DNA of 64,000 bases from a virus (Duplodnaviria; Caudoviricetes), in IMG/VR virus record IMGVR_UViG_3300025390_000003, positions 32,001 to 96,000 of that record; one strand, given 5' to 3'. Below the pieces are notes generated by a model that was given only the letters and a program-made list of their open reading frames with translations, was not told the DNA's origin and did not search any database. Shown here piece after piece: positions 60,172 through 64,000 of the stretch. Made by a program: the position numbers and the translations under genes. The stretch's first letter is position 1; each line of letters begins with the position of its first letter.

Positions 60172-60789
60172 CTAACGTAAAAATATATCTGAGTAATTAT
60201 ACACCCTCTCTACTGAGTTTCTCGTGAATATATAGTGCCAAGTATATTCAAATATTCTACTAGTAGTAAAATTATCTAGATGAGTTTCTATTAAAAAATC
60301 CACCAAACTTTGATAAAATTCTATTGGATATTGTAATATTAAGCCTTTATCTACTACAAATTGCGCACATGAATAATAAGAAAAAATTGAAGGAAACGTA
60401 AGATATTTTTCAAACAGTCTCCAATTATCTTTGAGAAATGCTATATATATTTCACGATTCGCATTCATACTAATCTCTTTTTGATAAAAATCACGTTTAT
60501 TTACCGAAAAAAATAAATCCGCATTCCAATTCACTTTTAATATAATATCATCCATATTAAAGTCTTGATGATACGACATCCTATGATCATGTGAAAATAA
60601 AGTCTTATCTGGAAGATTATTATAATTATCTATGATATATCGCAAATAACAAAGAGATTCTTGTCCCTTGTTTGGTTCTATGAAATTATAATTTTTATTG
60701 GTTTTAGAATATATAAATTTTTTAATATTTATGTTATCCACCCAACCAATATCGTGATCATAATGAGCGACTAATATTGCAGTATCCAT
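60172..60789 (-). CDS. DUF3431-like putative glycosyltransferase
   Basis: VAHY...W, PNKGQE...YLRYIIDNY..LPD...F.HDH, CAQFVV, FEYTWHYIF. Confidence 0.7.
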   Translation of the reverse strand: MDTAILVAHYDHDIGWVDNINIKKFIYSKTNKNYNFIEPNKGQESLCYLRYIIDNYNNLPDKTLFSHDHRMSYHQDFNMDDIILKVNWNADLFFSVNKRDFYQKEISMNANREIYIAFLKDNWRLFEKYLTFPSIFSYYSCAQFVVDKGLILQYPIEFYQSLVDFLIETHLDNFTTSRIFEYTWHYIFTRNSVERVYNYSDIFLR

Positions 60790-60793
60790 TATA

Positions 60794-61402
60794 TTAATTA
60801 ATCTTTTCGTATACTAAATACCCATTTCTTTCATTTAAATTGTCATCTATAATCCTATAAATCAATGGATGGTTTAATACCTCTTCTCTTATTTTTCTAC
60901 ACTTCAATTCTTTCGTATCATCTAAAGCGCAATACCGACTCCTATCTTTTAATAAATTCCATTCCATATATGTAGAAAACTCTCCACCATCTAGAACCAA
61001 AAAATCTATTTTATCATGGACTTTATAATAAACATTAGGCAAATCTTTCATCCAATTATAATCCTGTTGCAACCAACTTTTTTGGTCTGAAGATAAAATA
61101 GAAACATCAAACCAACTGCTTAACAGAGATTCATCCACCAATTTTCCGAAAATAATATCAAAATTTGAATTTAAATTTTGTTTATTATTCTTGGTAGCCA
61201 AGATAAACATTTCAGGATTACATTCAAACGAACGAAAATTATAAACAACTTTATCTTTTAATCCTTCTAATATACATCTGGTAGTCCCCATACCATTCCA
61301 AGTTCCAACTTCTAATATATTATTTACATCAGAGATATTTGCAATATCTCTGATATGTTTACCTAAATTGGTAGTTTCAAAATTTATTTGTCCGTATTCC
61401 AT
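60794..61402 (-). CDS. Class I SAM-dependent methyltransferase
   Basis: ILEVGTWNGMGT, IDFLVLDGG, ALDDT. Confidence 0.75.
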   Translation of the reverse strand: MEYGQINFETTNLGKHIRDIANISDVNNILEVGTWNGMGTTRCILEGLKDKVVYNFRSFECNPEMFILATKNNKQNLNSNFDIIFGKLVDESLLSSWFDVSILSSDQKSWLQQDYNWMKDLPNVYYKVHDKIDFLVLDGGEFSTYMEWNLLKDRSRYCALDDTKELKCRKIREEVLNHPLIYRIIDDNLNERNGYLVYEKIN

Positions 61403-61436
61403 ATTTTAATTTTATTTATATACATTAAAAATAAAA

Positions 61437-62192
61437 TCAACATCGTATAATTTTATATACATCATCTTCCATTATCAAATCTATCATGTTTTTATTTTCT
61501 AAACTATTCCACCCCGTTTTTGGTAATGCGTTTATGATTGTTTCCGCATCAGATAAAAACCCCGCCCAAAAACTAAATGTTCCTTGGCTTAATATGAGTT
61601 TTTTATGGTGAGATAAAAAATCCAACGTTTTTTTGGAATTCATGGTTATTACATTACATTTATAATTATCGGTTAATATTTTTATATATTCGTGATTAGG
61701 AGAATCAGTAGTGATATTGATAATATCATAATCCTTTATCGCATCTATAGCTTCAATATAGTAGGATATTGGAAGTAAATGTTGTCTACTATTATAATCC
61801 ATCAAATCCCCCAATCTAATATGCATCCCTATATCATTATCATTAACAATATATGGAGTTATATTACACCATTTTTTTATGTTACTTTTATATGGTATGT
61901 AATATTCTTTTTTTTGAAAATAATGATCCAATACAATACGTCTTGGTGTATTATCATTAATAATATCACACAAATTAAAGTTACAATTATCTAAATATTG
62001 AATCGGAGTATTATAACATTGTAATGATTTATTACAATAATCTAAATGAAATTCATCTAACAAAGTATGTTCATTTAAGTTTCTTAACTGAAACCCTAAA
62101 CTTTGTGATATTATTTTACCCAAAAATAATGTAAACATTTGATTACCTAACCTACCTATAGGATTAATTTTATTGTATATATCCACACTCAT
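61437..62192 (-). CDS. GT11-family alpha-1,2-fucosyltransferase-like protein
   Basis: GRLGNQMF, YFQ, MHIRLGD, SQGTFSFWAG. Confidence 0.85.
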   Translation of the reverse strand: MSVDIYNKINPIGRLGNQMFTLFLGKIISQSLGFQLRNLNEHTLLDEFHLDYCNKSLQCYNTPIQYLDNCNFNLCDIINDNTPRRIVLDHYFQKKEYYIPYKSNIKKWCNITPYIVNDNDIGMHIRLGDLMDYNSRQHLLPISYYIEAIDAIKDYDIINITTDSPNHEYIKILTDNYKCNVITMNSKKTLDFLSHHKKLILSQGTFSFWAGFLSDAETIINALPKTGWNSLENKNMIDLIMEDDVYKIIRC

Positions 62193-63016
62193 AACAAAAC
62201 ATCTCTTTGATTTATTATAACATTAATCCAATATGGCATAGTCAATTTTTCGATATTACTAAAACACTCTCCGTTCTTATATTTTTCTATCGTTTCTGTT
62301 ATAGTAAATTCGTCTATATATTTCCAATCATCTATTTGTATAATAGGCAAATCTTTAAATGTATCATACATAAAATGCCGTTCTACAATAGGTATCGACC
62401 CAAGATATAATGTTTCCCAAGTGCGATGGCAATCTATACCATTTCCTTTAGGTGATGCAACAAACAAAAACCTTTTAACTTCTTCACAATATTCTTTATA
62501 TGTATTTTTTCTATCAAATATCCCGTTACCATTTTCAGTTAATATTTTAATAACATCATATCTATTAATATTTGTAATAGGATTAAAATTACAATATATT
62601 TTATTTATAATTTTATTACTAATAGATAGAGGTTTTATATAATCTTTAATAAATTCGAAATCTGTATTTTGTCCTCTATTACATCCTTTATCATTTTCTA
62701 TCCCTATAGGTAGAGGAACCAAATCTTTATGTTTATAGTTGACATTTTGTGCATACCATTTATATATACATTTTGGTTTGTTTATAAATTTAAATTCATT
62801 TATCTCATAATCACTACAATGTGATATTAATATATATTTATTATCGTTATTTTTTATTTTATCAAATAATTCGGGTATAAAATCCGTCTTACACCATATT
62901 ATTGAACCATCTTTTAATACACTTAAATCATCAAACCTGTTAATATCTATAATAACATCAGCAATAGTTTGAAACTTTATTCCACATATAAATTCTTCTT
63001 TAAAATTTTCTATCAT
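62189..63016 (-). CDS. Exostosin (GT47)-like glycosyltransferase
   Basis: WYAQN, PLPIG, FVASPKGNGIDCHRTWETLYLGSIPIV. Confidence 0.8.
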   Translation of the reverse strand: MIENFKEEFICGIKFQTIADVIIDINRFDDLSVLKDGSIIWCKTDFIPELFDKIKNNDNKYILISHCSDYEINEFKFINKPKCIYKWYAQNVNYKHKDLVPLPIGIENDKGCNRGQNTDFEFIKDYIKPLSISNKIINKIYCNFNPITNINRYDVIKILTENGNGIFDRKNTYKEYCEEVKRFLFVASPKGNGIDCHRTWETLYLGSIPIVERHFMYDTFKDLPIIQIDDWKYIDEFTITETIEKYKNGECFSNIEKLTMPYWINVIINQRDVLL

Positions 63017-63018
63017 AT

Positions 63019-63936
63019 TTAATCTTTTGTAGTAATTACGTTTTTAAAATTTTGTGTGTTTTTTAATGTATTAGAAACGATTAATGTATCATCAGTAATT
63101 TGTGTTTCTGTATTTGTTGTTTGTTGTATATGATATATAAAATCATCATATAAAGACCTTCCAACATTATTCCAAAATTTGTTTTTCATAAAAACACAAT
63201 CCTCATCCAGTTTTTCTATATTTATGATTCGCCTATATTTATAATTTTCTTGCTTTATAATATTTGTAATTTTAGTAAAAAGTTTATACATATATTCATC
63301 TAATATAGGGATTCTTTGCCCCACATAAGAACCATAAACCACCCTTTCATGTTTTGGGAACTTTATGGTGTCTTTATAAATATGACCAAAATATTCATCA
63401 TGTTGTATCACATCATCAATTATTAATGGATATATATAATCTCTAGCAAAATCCATATCTGTACCATATGCAAGATTATTAGTATGTCTCATATATGATG
63501 AGATTTTTTCTTTTATGTTAAAGATATTTGCTGTCCCGCCCCACATACCAGTTAATATATTACCACTATGTCCTCCAGGATGATCGCGCATAATATGAAA
63601 TTTTTTAGTTGAACGAATCCAATCTTCAACTGCTGCTGCTTCTCTACTATTAATAAGAGAATCAGTATCTCTTATTATATATCTATCAACTTCCAAATCA
63701 TCATTAACCAAAAATCGCCAAAATGTACCTTCGGTATCTTTATTTTCTTCACATAAAAATATTTCAGAGCCTAGATTTTTAAGTTCTGATACTACGTCAT
63801 TAGGAACCGTGTGGTCTATATAAAATCTGGTAATCCAAGATGGATAAATGGTTCTTGCTAGATGCACATTTTTTATTGCTAATGCATTATATTCTTTATG
63901 CGCTCCCCATAAACTAAATGATATTACATTTTTCAT
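63019..63936 (-). CDS. Putative GT-A glycosyltransferase
   Basis: VISFSLWG, FWRF, IRDTDS (DxD), FHIMRDHP.H, GMWGG. Confidence 0.65.
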   Translation of the reverse strand: MKNVISFSLWGAHKEYNALAIKNVHLARTIYPSWITRFYIDHTVPNDVVSELKNLGSEIFLCEENKDTEGTFWRFLVNDDLEVDRYIIRDTDSLINSREAAAVEDWIRSTKKFHIMRDHPGGHSGNILTGMWGGTANIFNIKEKISSYMRHTNNLAYGTDMDFARDYIYPLIIDDVIQHDEYFGHIYKDTIKFPKHERVVYGSYVGQRIPILDEYMYKLFTKITNIIKQENYKYRRIINIEKLDEDCVFMKNKFWNNVGRSLYDDFIYHIQQTTNTETQITDDTLIVSNTLKNTQNFKNVITTKD

Positions 63937-64000
63937 CTTTAAATCCAGTCAATCTCCTTCTTTGATATGTTTCATAATCTATTTTTTCTAACTTATTATT

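Noticed and set aside
1-64000. Stop-codon reassignment
   Set aside because: Long genes are intact under code 11 and TAA, TAG and TGA all end genes
1-64000. tRNA genes or CRISPR arrays
   Set aside because: Intergenic spaces are short; no cloverleaf or repeat-spacer pattern seen
63937-64000. 3' end of an upstream minus-strand gene
   Set aside because: Too short to fix the frame or product

Overview
AT-rich 64 kb segment of a large T4-like (myovirus) phage genome read in the standard genetic code. It carries tail/baseplate genes (gp14, gp6, gp25, gp53, gp48, tape measure, gp26-like x2, gp54, gp19, gp18, gp3), packaging genes (gp16-like, gp17), a T4-type replisome (gp43, gp44, gp45, gp32, gp41, UvsX, gp46, RNase H), a class II ribonucleotide reductase and a cassette of at least eight predicted glycan-modifying genes. 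Most notable: (1) the large terminase is a fractured gene whose halves are joined by an atypically split intein (31-aa IntN, 120-aa IntC) around a free-standing endonuclease, with a second mini-intein and a late promoter for each piece; (2) an L-S-[S/A/G] motif is visibly over-represented in outer virion proteins and nearly absent from enzymes, which together with the glycosyltransferase cassette suggests a sequon-directed virion glycosylation system (hypothesis); (3) the DNA polymerase has two inteins plus an intein-like relic; (4) a complete IS605 (tnpA+tnpB) has flanks that do not rejoin into one gene and sits beside a thyA remnant; (5) the tape measure gene has an exact 246-bp duplication; (6) early promoters have a fixed 16-bp spacer and are near-leaderless. 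All calls come from motifs read by eye and from synteny; no database searches were run.
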